Shown here: piece after piece, positions 39,980-54,900 of the stretch | Layout of the letters: each line of letters begins with the position of its first letter | How positions within the stretch are numbered: the stretch's first letter is position 1 | Source: Phoronis australis | Lineage: Eukaryota > Animalia > Phoronida | Assembly: GCA_002633005.1 (NCBI GenBank) | Contig: NMRA01000632.1 | Span: 145,877-209,876 of the forward strand | DNA: 64,000 nucleotides | Direction of reading: 5' to 3' | The notes under the pieces: model-generated | Seen by the model: the letters and a program-made list of their open reading frames with translations, nothing else | Told to the model about the DNA's origin: nothing | Database searches by the model: none | Translations under genes and position numbers: made by a program

Positions 39980-42900
39980 ATGACGTTTCTTCTCCTGATG
40001 GTCTGTTGTTTGGTGACCAGCTTGCCTATGGTTGAAGGTATGTGTTCAATACTTAACTGCCGAATTATTTGTTAGATTTTCAACTATTCAAGCAGCCTCG
40101 CAATACACACGTACTTGTTTTAAGGATATTTATTGAAAACAGACCATGGGTCAAATTTGTGTTCGGTCTTACCGGTAACCCCGCTCATCGCTGTATTTGA
40201 ATTCTGCGCAACAAAAGAAATAAAACTTGCTTGGTGAGAAAATGAAAAATTGCAACGAAATGCGTAACACGTTTTGAAAATGGGTCCCTACCCTGAACTG
40301 GCGTCTGATGAAACATACACCAACGATTATACGAGAAGAGCACGTTCCTGGTGAATAGCGGAATTTATAAATCTATAGCGTTGTGCTTCATAAAAACATG
40401 CGGTATTATTCCGGGTGCACGTCATCTCGTCAATTCACTCCTTTTTACAGATAACTAAAATTAATGCTTGAGTGAGCATCGCTGAGTATAGATTTGCGGG
40501 ATGTGAATGAACCAATCAAAAATGAAACGCAGTACAATTACATGTATATTATTAGCTACACTAACTGACATGGCTTAGACAAGCTCAGCATATTTTAAAA
40601 GTCGTATCTGAATACTACTGAATATGGCTACACAAATCATTGTAAAATGAGGAATTTCTCGTACCGACAACCAATCGTGGACTTGTATAGCATAATGTTA
40701 CAGAAGTCCACTTCTCACTAGCCTACAAAACATAAATTCAACGACTAGTCGCTGCTCGGACGGAGTCTTTTCACTGATCGGTTTCCCACAATCCTTTGTG
40801 CGTATCCAAACGTCTCACGCTCACCGTGGAAACCCAATTGCTTATTTATACACTCTAAAAAATGTTCGGCGCCACAAAAATCACTAAAGGTTGTCAATTT
40901 TTAACATCGTCGACCGGCCCACAGGCGACATAAGCGGCTGCTTATAGTCACGCGGCAAACTAAGTATTTATATACCATTGACATTAACACTGAGGTGAAT
41001 GTTGTCTGTCGCAGTTTATTTAAAGCCATTCCTAAATCAATTCCAGCGTTTTAGAAAATCTCAAAAGTTAGGACTGGTCATGGTTTTTAGTCTATCAGCC
41101 AGAGTGCAGGAACTCAATTTTCCGTAATGTGCCTGCCATGTCCCTGGCCGGTGGAAAACACATAGGCCTGTAACAGCATGGTTAATTAATTTTTTTTTCA
41201 ACATTTGTGCTCAGTGTATTAAGATTCAATCTCATTTTACATTTACGTTTTAGATACTTTGGCGTCGTGACGTGAGATCCGCCTGTTTCACCTCACAGGC
41301 CCTATATGATGGTATTTCTATTTCTAAAGCTAATTTGATTTGTATTTGCGTGTGGCAACTTCCTCGTAGTGTCAACATTTATTTTAACCAAGTCGTACTC
41401 AAGTGAAATAAGTGCAAAATGTTCTATTTCCCAATTTTATTGGCTCACAGTGTCTAACTGTGGTTTTAGTTACGAAATAAATTAGATACACCTGGAAGTC
41501 GAATGTTCAAACTACACACATGTCCGTATACCAGCGACTAAAATGGGTTATGAAATACGTGTTTAGGGGTCATCCACCCTTGTCCTAACGAACTCATCCC
41601 TGCCTAAACCCAGCCATCGATTGGGTTCTTACCATACACGCTGGTTCTCTCTGAGTCGTCATCGAATTCCCCTAACATACGCAGTGAACTAGCAAGAAGC
41701 AAATTTGTCTCATTGTAAAGCGAACCTCAACAGTCGGTGGCGGAGACTTGTTCTCCTCTGTCTCACTCCCCCTGTCTATTACAAGCATGTCACGTGTCTT
41801 ACATAACACAGCAATAGTTGCAGTATTACCCAAAAACAGATTTTGCGAGTAATAAATGGATATTATGTCCCGTTTTGTTAATTTCCCCGAAGACGGATTC
41901 TGCGACCCACTAGTACACTGATAGTACTACACCCCCTACCACATCAAAGCATTATTTACCAAATATACTTCTACACAATGTCGCAAAGAGGAACTTGTAT
42001 TTTTAGTTCCAGATTTATGATCTTTCACCACCACGTTACTCACGCTTGTTGATTAAACAGCATTTGTAAGGAGTTTTCAAACTTGTTGTAAGGTTGAGAG
42101 TGAGCGAGGGTTACAGAGATTTGTTTTCTTTCTTTTAAATGATCTAAATCTAGCCGCCACCTACATGTTAATTCGCAAAAGCACGGTTTGGCAACCTTTG
42201 AAATTTAATCAGTTCTTATAACTTGTTGATTCCGCTGTCGTTTGCAGGTAGACTGAACACGACGGTTGTCAGCAGGTACGCCCAGGCACAATTCAACGCC
42301 AGATCCTCCCAAATCATTTGCTACTCGAGTGACGGAACAGACACGTCAAGCATCACATTTGGATACAAAATAGCAAGCTCTGGGCAGGTGAGCGTAAGCA
42401 TAATATCGCAAACCTTGCATGTCTATATACACACGCCCCGATTTTTTGTATAAGCCTACCACTTTCTGTATACGAAAATCAAAGGAGAATGCCACCCGAT
42501 TTAATTAGTCTTTTTTGCCGTCTTAATCGGTCTATATCCACATTGCCTCGCATACGGTCGACCTTACCTTGCCAAGAGGTGTCGCGTTAACTTGTGAGGA
42601 AGGTGAGAAACGAAGCTAGTGACGTCAGTGGTTCATATGCAGAGTGAATGCCGCTATGTTGCGGTGCATCGTTCCCGCTTGTCCGAACTAAGCAGCTGCG
42701 AGGAAAGCGGGTATATCGTTTGTTTACTTCCTCGAGAGTCCGAAATGCTTAGGAAGTGGCTCATGGTAGTGAAGAATGAAATGTACGCTGTAAATAGCAA
42801 GTATGAGGCCGTGAAACATCTCCGTGCCTGTGGCCTGCAGACGTCGAAAGTGCCTGACGAATGCCGGCTTACCAAATAACTCCATGCGTTCCGTTGTCTG

Positions 42901-45900
42901 AGCTTGTTCACGGCACCTCTTTCTTCATCACTGTATTCCTGTTCGAATTGATAGCCTGTAAAACTTAACGATCCACCTGCAAAGTCGGGACGGATGAGCT
43001 CTAGCTCGTCCTAAGTCGGGCCTGCGAGTTGCCATGGTGGCGTTTTTTACTGAGCGTTCTGTTTCAAAATGAATTATTCTCACCCTAACCAATACTTATA
43101 TAAAACTGAAACAAAGTCTGTCTCATTAGATGTAATTTGTAATGCCTTTGGAGTGTTCGTGAGTGCAAATGATTTGAGAAGCCAGCAATGAATAAATCAC
43201 TGTGTTACCGGCTTTAGGTGCAATAAAACTAATTGACGGGACACCGAGGCCGTGTGAGCTCATGCTAATTTAGTGTTTGCTGGCAGAAACTGTTGTGAAA
43301 CAACTCGATTTCCATACCACGGCCAGGTGTTAGGGGAATCTTTATTTACATTTACATTACTCAAATAATGATTGTCAATGTACAACTTCTGCCCTGACGA
43401 TGCTGTGGCAGAAGCGGAACCTGAATTCCCGGCCCCCGACGAGTAAGTAGATTTGCAGTTTCGTGGCTAAATCACCAACATAATCACGTGCACATTACTT
43501 TGGCTCACAAGTATAGTATTTTCTTGACTGGAAGTTTAGTTTCCACTGAATTTTGGCTGGTTTATGTTCGTGATGTCTGATCAATTTCCGAGCCACTGGC
43601 CGGGATAACGCCAGTCAATCCGGCCGGACGCGACGGGCCTGATCGGGCTCCGAGCCACTGACCAGGATAACAAGCGTTTTGTGGTTAGAACTAAAAAATC
43701 ACAAGTCTAAACAACACAGATCTAGGTTCTCCTGTCTGTATCTCACGGAAAATAGTTCGAAATTATCTCCGAACAGACCCCAACTTGACTCCTGCTACGG
43801 ACATTGGCCTGCCGCCGAACTTTGTAGGCTACCGTGTGTCCAAACACCAATAAATCAGTAAGAGCGAAATAAAACAACACGTTTTTATACGAACTCGGTG
43901 TATTTTTAAGGGTTTTACATCGATGATTTATTGGTATTAAACGATAACTTCAAGCGATAAGCCGACACCAGTAACCCGTGTTGTGAACTTCTGAACAGAC
44001 TGTTTGTGAAACCGATGACGTCATTGGATAATTTCGACACCTCCGTCTGCCGTCAGGTGTCAGGTAACGCAACCGAACGTGACGTTATCGAGTAGAACTA
44101 CTCGATCTAAATTGATACAAATTAGGTTGTTTTTTCGGTGGCATGCTCCTTTAATCGGAGAGTATGACAGCTAGTATGGTCCACAGCGGGTAACAAAGAC
44201 GAGTAATCGGGCATGCTTTATTTTAATAGATATGTCGTATCCGACTTTTAAATCGGAAAATTCGATTCGGCAAACTTTTCAAATGAGAATTGTCGGAGTG
44301 TAGTGACAGGGCTTAACATACAGATTGGTGTTATTGGTTGTTGTGACACGACTGAAAGGCAATATGTACACAATGATTTCCAACACTGAACCCTGTTTTG
44401 GTGGTTTCAACCAAACCTTGCTCTGCCTTCTGCTAGAGCACCGATTAGCGTCTCACTTGAGTCATAAAAGCAGGAAACTCATACCTACTGTGCCGTGGAT
44501 GGTCTTTAGGTTTTAGTTTCATTTTCAGCTTATTTCATCTTCAAAGGGCTCTGGCCCTCGATGGCAATACACGTACTTTATATTATTGGTGTATTCACAA
44601 ATACTTACATGTACAAACTCATCATTTTATTTCTTATTTCGAATGCTTTGATAATAAACTTGGACAAGTTTTTCAAACTATGTGCCGTTTCAAAGAACAT
44701 TAGTAAAATTATCACTGATAATATAGCCCTGTTTCAAGTAACTTCATCTCAGGTCCGCTAAAACTGGACATCGAAACAAAAATGATTCTCGATTTCTACT
44801 TTTCCCTAGTTACAAATAGGACATAACCTTTGATCACAAGGATACCATTTTTTCTGCCCAGTTCTACTGTATATACGGTTGATGGGTTGAACATCTTGTG
44901 CTCACTATAGCAAAAACTTGAGCAAGTGACAAATTCCTGAACAAATATTTCGCTTAAACCAGATCTGTCGTGATAGAATAATAGAAAACTAACACTCCTC
45001 TATGCTTCTAATATCTTGCAATCATTTTGAACATTTTCAATTTCCAATCCTTACCTGAATTTGTTCATGAATATCTGCTTCCACCTAATATATCCAAAAC
45101 CATAGAAATAATTTCAACTTTTAGGTGTACATGTAAGTAATTTCCACCCGAGTGGAAATCCTTTCAACCTGGGATCTAGTTGAGCGTTGGCATTTTGCAC
45201 ATTAGTTTTAAATATTCGTCGTAAGACGGCTGATAGGACGCCATTGTGGCACATAATTTTTGTCATACTGTCGCCTAGGCCACACTATGTGCCGAGTGTG
45301 ACACTATAATACGTCACAGCAGTCGCATTTGCGAACGTTAGTCTTAAAGATATTTTCCTCTGAATTTTAAAACCTTCTCACTTGAAATGAGCTTTTCTCA
45401 AATAAATGATCTTCGAATGAATACTTAATAAGGTATTGTCCAGACAATACCACACTTGCAAATTCAGTAATTTGTGGTCTATCCAATATATATAGATATA
45501 CCACTCAAAAGAATGATGTCAGTGGTATATCCTATATACCACAAATTAATGAATTTGCAAGTGTGGTATTGTCTTGGCAATACCTTATTAATTATTCAAT
45601 TTAAGTCCTTTTTTCGAAGATCATTTATTTGAGAAAAGCTCATTTCAAATGAGAAGGTGTTTTTAGTTAGAAACTTCACGAAACGGGTTTTAACGCTAGT
45701 TAGCGTATTCGAAACTTAATCCCAAATAACGCTCGTTCAGCACAACTCCAACATTTTTCAATCACAGTTGAATTGAATAAGAACTCGAGAAGGAGGCTCA
45801 CTTCAAAAAGACTGATAACGTGTTTTTTACNTGTTAGGATACCTACCCATGTACAAAAAATGAAGTTGTTTTAAATTTTGACGTATAGACTGATTTTTGA

Positions 45901-48900
45901 AAATCTACTGGTTTTTATATGGACTGTCTCTTAATTATTCAATTTAAGTCCTTTTTTCGAAGATCATTTATTTGAGAAAAGCTCATTTCAAATGAGAAGG
46001 TGTTTTTAGTTAGAAACTTCACGAAACGGGTTTTAACGCTAGTTAGCGTATTCGAAACTTAATCCCAAATAACGCTCGTTCAGCACAACTCCAACATTTT
46101 TCAATCACAGTTGAATTGAATAAGAACTCGAGAAGGAGGCTCACTTCAAAAAGACTGATAACGTGTTTTTTACTGAAAAGTTAAACGAAGGAATACCGTA
46201 CTAAATTTAGGCCACAATGTGTAATGCGCTAACTTTTTGCTCAACTTTTTAAATATAGGAGTGTACGTTTTATTTTCACTTTCACATGTAGGTGTCGTTA
46301 ATTATATTTTACACGTCTTGGATTGAAAGCTTTTCGTATGTTTTTGTCCAAGACCGAATTCAATACATCCCAGAACTGTGCGACTGAAAAGTCAAGTAAA
46401 ACTTGCATACTTTTCTAAAAATGTTTTCCTAGGTTTCATTCAATCGTTTCACGTATTGGGACCGCATGTGCCTAATTTCGGATACAGGCACAGCTTCACA
46501 TGTAAGCACATGGGTCTAATGACGTGCACACAAGGTAACAATTATTCTGGGTCAAACGTTCGGCTTTTATTGTAAATTCGAGTCAGGATGTTAAGTGGTT
46601 TGCACTTATTGCTTTTAAAAGCCCATTTGACATGTTTCCTCTTTCAGCAACGTCGAATTTCCCACTTCTACTTGCGCCCAAGAGAAAAACTCGGAGAAGT
46701 TGCTGGATCTAAAGTGTGGACTTTATATGGAGGACCCCAATACATTGTCGGTGGTTACTATTGCCAAGACGGAGAAAACAGGGTTGTTGTGATCAAACAT
46801 TCACCCCCTGAATACGGTAGGTGGTGAGGCGCATGCGTACAATCCAACGGGTCCGTGTACTTTTGAGAAGAATTTGTGCATATGGCTTGCAGTTTCTGAA
46901 ACCACAAGAACATTCAGAATCGATATACTCCACTCATGTTTTTTGATAAGCACAAGATTCTAAGGCGCCAAATAAGACAAGGGAACGAGACATTATACTT
47001 TTTGGCTTTCTTCCGGCCGTACCATGCATACAACAAACGTCGAGCAGGACGCACTGGTGCCGCACACCGTGAATTTCTGCAAACCCTGCGCTATTAAGAT
47101 GGAATAGTATACTGCTGCATTTCTCAACACCTGCCATTCGGAATAATTGAATGGTGTTCTCCAAGCAATGAAGATGTACAAACATTACATCGTTCTCCTT
47201 ATTTGTAAGAAGTCATTTCACGTCACACTTTCAGAATAAAGATGGCTTGAATTTAACTATGAACGCCTGAATCACGGCGCATTAGGTTGTTGAAATGTCG
47301 GGCCGCCTTTACCAAAAACACGTATTGAACGCACATTTTTGCTATCGATGGTAAAATGGTATATCCGTGTAGTAAAGAGTAAATTAAGTCACTAAACAAC
47401 AACAACAAGAAGAAAAACAACAACAACTGACAACAGCGAACATGCCTGCTTAAAGTCTTCTCGGACTTCTGACCTACAAAATACCGTTGCTGGCATGCGG
47501 CGCCTCTTTACGGGAATCCAAGTTTGCCTTCATCGGTTATCGTTCAATCGGCTGCTATGTCCATATGGATGATCGTTCAATTTAGGACGGATTGAGTGAA
47601 TACTGCTCCCCGATGTAGCAATTTAGACTACATGTATTATGACATATACAGTACTGGCGCAATATAAACCGGTCTGTTCATCACCCTTCGACACATGCTA
47701 AAACTCATCCACGGATTTGCATTGATATCTGAGATTTCGTAACCCACCTCTCACCAATCGTCATTTTGAACGAGCCTTTGTTTCCGAAATTCTCCGATTG
47801 GCAGTACCGTGAGTACAACCGACGGTAAATCATCTGATGAAGTTGTAGCTAATTTAGATGTAGTTCCGTAGACGCTAGAATCTCGCTAAGGAAGTTACAT
47901 GCAGTGTGCTCGTGTGCTTCGCTCGTAATGCATGGCCATACCTCGCGAAGTCTCGCGTGTTCTTGCTTCTCACGAGATTACCGTCCTATTGGGAGCGTAC
48001 GGCAGAATGTATAAACTGGTGTCCCATTTAAAGGAAACATTCTCCATGCAAATCTTTAACATGAGAGCACACAAATGCTACATTCGCATGACCCAGTGTC
48101 TAGTTGTGGTGTGCAAGACAAGCCAAGTTGACAACCGAGAACGAAACTCAATTTCTATTTAAGTACACGTAGGCCTACATTTTGGGACACTGAACTTGTT
48201 TGCGTGGGAGTCGTTTGAATATCACGCCGCACAACAATGGGTCTTTGATTCCTTTGTTAAGAATTAAAAAAAATGCTGGAATAGAACCCACTACAAGGAT
48301 TTAATACAAGAATGCAGCATAGAAAGAATTCAACATTGATGATGCTAACCGGTCGAGATTAAGCAACTGGACCGGTTTGTGCACCTCAAAATCTACCGGT
48401 TTAGATCAAAGACACCATGGTGTTGTGGTCAATTAAATCACCTCAGGCTGCCGGTGTCTTTTAGATAATGAGACCCATCACACACACACACTGGGGACGA
48501 CAATGATATTTTTAAATTTTCCATTTGGAAGTTTGTAAATAGCATATTTGAATAGTTCGTGAAAAGCACACTTGATTAGGTTTCTGGACAAGAAATGTAA
48601 ATGCTACACGCTAAAGCGTTTGTTTAATGTTGCAATATTATATGTTCCTCATTAATTCTGCTGGGTGTGCAACATAATTGGGCCAATTACCAAAACACCA
48701 GGCAGCAATTGGTTTTTGAGGTAAGCTCAGCGTCATCGTACAATTCTTGGCATGGAATGCTCTCCACGTAGTACTGTTTCGCCGCCTAGCGTCAAAGCGT
48801 AATTTTTAATGTTACCGCTTTTGTGAAATGAAAAGATTGCTGTTTTCCGATATAGCAGCGGAATACTGAAACTGCAGTATACAACAGTAGGCCTAGTCCA

Positions 48901-51900
48901 TGGATGTGACGTCCGTTTTCTGTTGGAGCATTTGTTCGAACTATGATCACATAATTATAGATATATATAGTTCCCAGTGAATGCCCTAGTCAAACACTAT
49001 GGCCGAATCATTGACCTTCATTGCCGCCTAACTAAACGTGGTACTACCCTCTACAGTCAACCTTGAATGTCGTCCACACTCAGACTTGCCCTAGAACAAG
49101 TTACTCCTGGAACGAGTTGTCGCTAGGTTTGGAGGCAGTGTGGACGCTGTTTAAACTAGTGTACCTTACCCCACTTGTGACATATTACTCCACCTTATCG
49201 AGGTGGGGGTAACTTCTTCTGGGGTAACCTGGGCTTACATCAATGTGCTTGCTCTTTCAGCCATGAAGCAACTCGTGGCGCACACCATCACCGCCAGCGT
49301 TGGAGATGACGTCACGTTAGAAACCATAAAACTCAGATATAGAGTGGGTTATAGGTTTAGGTGGTTCAAGGACGGTTTGACTGAACGGGAAGATTTTTTT
49401 AACAAAATGAACCCTCTTCTTGCTGATGTCTCTATCGAAGATGCCGGTATCTACCAGGTTGTTGCTAATGGTTTTCCCGATGTCTACAGCGCCATGATGA
49501 GGTTGATTGTTAGACGTAAGTGGAACTTTCATTTCGTAAGATTAGTGTGCAGTATAAACCCACTTTCTGTCAAAAAACGAACTTATGATTTACATCACTT
49601 TAGAGAATAGCTCCGCAATGTCTTGTATGTGTATTCGGTACGCCTTTCATCACACAAAACAAAATCTTGATTTACATGTAGAATAATATTACGCAACATT
49701 GGCAGCACACGGACGGCCACTATTGCTGCGCGCAAAACTGCGCCTTGGCAATGCATTATTTTCAGATTTCGCTCATGGTATTAGCTGTTTTGTGAACTGA
49801 GTACGGCTTAGTTTGTCATTAGCCTGCAGTTTGGGCTTCACTTTGTTACAGAATGTCCAAAGGGTCGCTATGGTGCCGACTGCATAAAAGAATGCCCTAC
49901 ATGCGTCAACGGTGGTGTCTGTCATGATGTCACTGGCGAATGTATTTGTCCCGCTGGGTTTACAGGTCCTACCTGCGATCAAGGTATGATTCAGCGAATT
50001 TTTTTTCATTTTATAGCGCTATGCATCAATGCTTGTGCAACGGCAAGGAAATCAGAATTGCAACTAAAACACATGTTATAAGATAAATGCAAATGAACAA
50101 GATTACAAGCTTTGTACTGAACTTAGATCTGAACACAGAAATAGCAGAGGGATGATGTTGATCACGTACGACATATACACGCGTATTTTGAAGAACAGAG
50201 GCCCAGCCCCCCTGCGCCGTCTCCAGCCATAATAAAATATCCGCAGATTACTCATGAAGGTAGTTGATTAGGTACCCATAATGCTGTCACATAGTTCGGC
50301 CGCCATTTAAAGTGGTTGTGCAGCATAAAAATAAAGAATGAACTAAAAAATTCATATTAAAGTCACCTAATTTTGAAAAGAAACGAAGTTGTTTTGAGTG
50401 AGTATTTTTGGGTAACGTTTCGACTGAAGTAAGTTGCATTAAAATCTGTTTTATGAACGTTAAATAAAATGAGGCGGAAAAAGTATCAAGAACATTAAAG
50501 CTGTTTGAGAATCCTTACGAAAGGATTTGGTTTACGGAGTGAATCAAGTCCTGCCATTTTGGTTACCACATTGTCAATTGCAACACTATTAAAACATGCA
50601 TATATGCTTGCGACGGAGGAAGACTATACGCTGATACATTTCCAGGTTGCGGTCCCAATAAGTTTGGCACAGAATGCGACAAGCAATGTTCCTACAGACG
50701 TGATAACTCTAGGCACAATAGGGATGCTTGTCGTCAGATGCTGTTCTGCTTACCTGACCCGATTGGTTGCGCCTGCGCCCCTGGTTTCTGGTCGACTGGC
50801 TGCGCAAAACGTAAGCATTTGACTTCTTCAACGGAATGACCGAACGTCATTCCAGTACGCACCAATCACTATTTGAGTTGTAGGATTGGTAATGAATATT
50901 TGTTTGTCTATTATTGAACAGTCGCGGTCATAATTTTACAACGTCTTCCGATTATTGTAAGAAACTTTTTAAGAACTCGTACGTTTCTGTTGTTGACTGA
51001 AAATGCACCATTGCGCATTTGCTCACCGCGCACGTATGAAACCCGAGGTGGATGAGAGAACTCGGATTACTGTTGCGAACAGTACAAACCCACTTAGCTT
51101 TAAAATGGAGCCAAATTCAAAATAAACATGAAAATGGGTTTCATTCACGATCATGTGTTATCGTTGGATATTTCGACTGAGTGTGCAGCCGTGCGTTCAG
51201 TAGACGCTAGGACCTACGCTAGGACCTAGCTAAAACCTAGTCAAAGTCACGTGTTCTCATTTAAAATGCACTGCAATATCTCACGTAATCTCGCGAAGTC
51301 TTGCTTTTTAGCGAGGTCCTAGCGTTACTGAACGGGAGGCAGGTTTGGTCTTTCAGTGTACGCTTGATTCGTAAACTACACAACTGCGTTGTACAATAGC
51401 TACCTCTATTGAAATCCTAAGATGTTTAATCCTTGCCGTGTCAGTTGATTCAGCCGATGGGCTGCGTGATTTGACATTAATCTGACAATGTCTTTTCACC
51501 GATTTGCATGTTCACTTGTTCCCTGTTTCAGAGTTTTGAAAAGAACACAAGATGGCGTCCCATGTTACTGTGGTGCATGCATGTACAGTACTACAAATGA
51601 TCAGATATTCCACTTTCAGGTCACTTTGCCAAATCTTGGGATAGTGCTAGTTAAAATACGGGCACGTAATTCGCTTAGAAGACAGCATTTTAACACGACA
51701 TTATTTTTTTCACTGTGTACAATAGGCCCAGTGAGCGTGCGTAGAGTAAAAGTTCAAATTAGACCATAGTTGGGAATGACGGCAGATTGAACAGAGCTTG
51801 ATACCCATTTCGTATAAGTATGTGACTGAACAATATTTAGCACGACCTACAGTGCACCCATTGCAATCTTCTACCGTATGTGCGTACACCTTAGCCGATG

Positions 51901-54900
51901 TACCTACAGTATATCGGAAAACAGTGCGCTTTGTCAAAGAAAATTTCTAAGTCGTATTTGGCATGTTTGTTCGTTTCACTTGCAGACACAGGCGGCTACC
52001 GCAATCATAACATTAGTACAGAGGCGAAATGCCCTTATAAAAATGTTTTACATTAAATTCACGTCAACGTCTGCCTTGTTGTAACGGATAAGCCAACTTT
52101 ACTGACAAAACAATTTGGAAATTTGTATCTTATTTTTACTCAAATGTTTGACAATCATTTCGGATAGAGGCGCATGTAAAGGTTTGAGCCTGACTACGCG
52201 AGTGAACGACAGTAAATATCCTGTTTATTTCCAGGATGTCCAAAAGGGTCATTTGGAGCTAGTTGCAAACAGAAATGTAACTGTGCTGGTGGCAAAGTGT
52301 GTGATCGCTTTACTGGACAGTGTCCTGGGGTCTGTGCTGAAGGCTGGACGGGCACCTCGTGTCAGATTGAAGGGAAACCACGTGCGTTTATTTATCTTTC
52401 TCTTCGCTCTGTTTTACGGTATTTCGCCAACTCTTTTCCGACTCATTCTTTCCGCTTCCACCGATCCAATGGTCTTTGGTAACGCACCCCTAAGTTTACT
52501 TCTTTTTACGTTTCCATCATTCTCGCCACGTCTTCCTCCTTTTTAGAAATCCATCCATTGACCCGAGAAATGTTTTCCCCATATCACATTCTCTTATTCT
52601 TTTTCTTCCTTTCAGACTTCTCCATGTCCGTCTTTTTCTATCCTGCTTTCACCCACGCGTATTTCCACATTTCATCCACTTCTTTCTTGTCTTCAAATGA
52701 TACTAAACCCTGTCTTGATGATGAAATCAGTCATCACCTGCTAATCCAGCCGTTTGCCGTCGATCTTGAATGATAATATCAGTAATCAGCTAAATATTCG
52801 TAATTCCCATGTAACAGATTGGATAATATTGTTCTTTGCTGTTGGTCTCTCCCCCACAATTGCCGTGAAATTCGCTAAAAGCCTAGGTCACGCTTATCGA
52901 TTTAGCAAGCTTTGGAAGAAGTTTTCAAATTTTCCTCCAAACCTTTTAGGATTGTCGAGGGCTACAGAGCATTATTTTGTTTCACACAGTTGTATGGTAA
53001 CGTCGTTTTTAATATCTGATAATAGGCCAAAACAGGATTTAATATAATTTTAACCCAACGCTCTCTCGCTCACCACCCCGACACTCATTACTTTCATACT
53101 TCCAAACTTCGCATATACATATATGCCTTCTTCGCAACCATTTCGCATCCCTTCTATTTCTTCAAATAATCCCAGGTGCTTTTTATCTATTGAACTCTTC
53201 AACAGTCTTCAGTTAGTTTACCTAGGTTGGTTTAACACTTCTCGTAGAGAAAAGAAAAAAATGCTAAATGCCAGAATAATTCTCTATAAAGTGACACTAT
53301 TTCCAGTGATTCCACCAACCATATCAAGATTTTACAATGAACGAGTAAACGAAGGCCAGCCAGCGTTCTTCGTCTGCTCCGTCGTTGGAGACCCAGTACC
53401 AGAAGCAGACGATATCCAGTTAGTGGCATCGTCTGGTGTTGAAATAATGCGAGTTGACTCAGTTATAGACGAATTCAATGAGTTGAACCGCACCAACACT
53501 TATCTGTTATCGAAGACTCAACACAATCTGACATACGAATGCACGGCTTCAACACGAGCTGGAAGAACCAGCAAAAAACGCCTTGGACAGACGTACGGTA
53601 AGTAAAGATGCACCACCGTCCAGCTCCTACATTTGATCAGGCATTTTTTAATCTAAAATTCATTATATACGTCGTGAATGTTCTCACTTTCGTGATCATC
53701 ACGTGTTATCTTAGAATAATTAAGACCACCAGCTGACGAAGACTCAAAGATAACGAAAACATTCTGTTTTTTCTGACGTAACATTAGCTTAATAGTGGAT
53801 GTAAGAAAAAATGAAAGAATATCAGATGAATATTAAGAAAAGATAAAGATGAATTTCTTTCGTTACAAAATAGTGTAATGTTTGCATTTTGTTTTTGTTC
53901 ACCAGAGCTTCCCGTCTTAAACGAAAAGGCGACAGCACGAGATCTGAGTTCCAACTCGGCCAAGATTGTTTGGGGCGTTTGGCAACCTCGAAAAGACAAA
54001 GGTGACGCCCCAGTCATTCGATATGAGGTGGAACACAGACCGGTCGGTTCTGAAAAGTGGCTGAACTCGACGGTTCATCCGATCTTTATGAATGGTCAAG
54101 ACTTACGAAACTACGAAGTGAGCCCGGATGGGGTGGAGGACCAATTATACTTGGACATGATTGGTCGAAACAAGAACGTGAGCTTCGATATATCAGGTAG
54201 TGAAAATCCTCGCTTAATCTTCCATTTCTCCACTTTTAAAATGGCTTAGAAGGTAAAAAACATACAAAACTGCTTTGTTGAAAGTGATTCTCTGCCACTG
54301 ACAGAGAAGTCGAGCTGTTCGCCTGGAATTTTTGCGGTTTTTTTGGTAAAAATTGAATTTCTATTGAAGTCGAAGTATTTTTCTTTTAGCTTCAATTTTT
54401 GAAAAAACGATCTGTCAGTTGGTCGTCACTTCGTCGATTTTTCTCCCACATGGCAAAGCACGTCTCCTTATTTGGTATGACAAGACACAGACGTACATGT
54501 AGCACATTTCCCTAATAAGAAAAAAGTCACCTTTGTAAACAAAACAATGGTAATTTTATGTATCCGCCAGTCTGGCTTCTTTCAACGCACGACCGCATTT
54601 TTATTATTAGCGGCGGAGAGTTTTGAAACTGTATTGGGATGAATAAGACTTTACTATTTTTCGTCTGTCTTTCAAAAATACCGAATCTCACGATTTTTCT
54701 AAAAGTCTTCAAAGTGAATAACTCTCACGTTAGCATCCCCAGAAAGTAGATTCGCCACGATCTGTTTCAAAAGTATTTCGCGTTCCATGCCTCTTTAAAG
54801 GCAGAATTGGTGACAACTAATGAGAGGCCTACTGCATATAGAAATCGGAAAATTAAGTGGCTGAACTTTCTATGCCTAGCGAAATTTCTCAAATGGTTCT

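Noticed and set aside
46934-47185. Cys-containing minus-strand ORFs as a transposase remnant
   Set aside because: No coherent motif could be reconstructed
52382-52780. Hydrophobic Phe/Leu-rich read-through after the third EGF exon as a possible TM segment
   Set aside because: Not in the EGF coding frame; simply a pyrimidine-rich intron
53731-53766. Hammerhead-like CTGACGA...GAAA (also near 43394)
   Set aside because: Required flanking stems do not pair, or the GAAA core is broken
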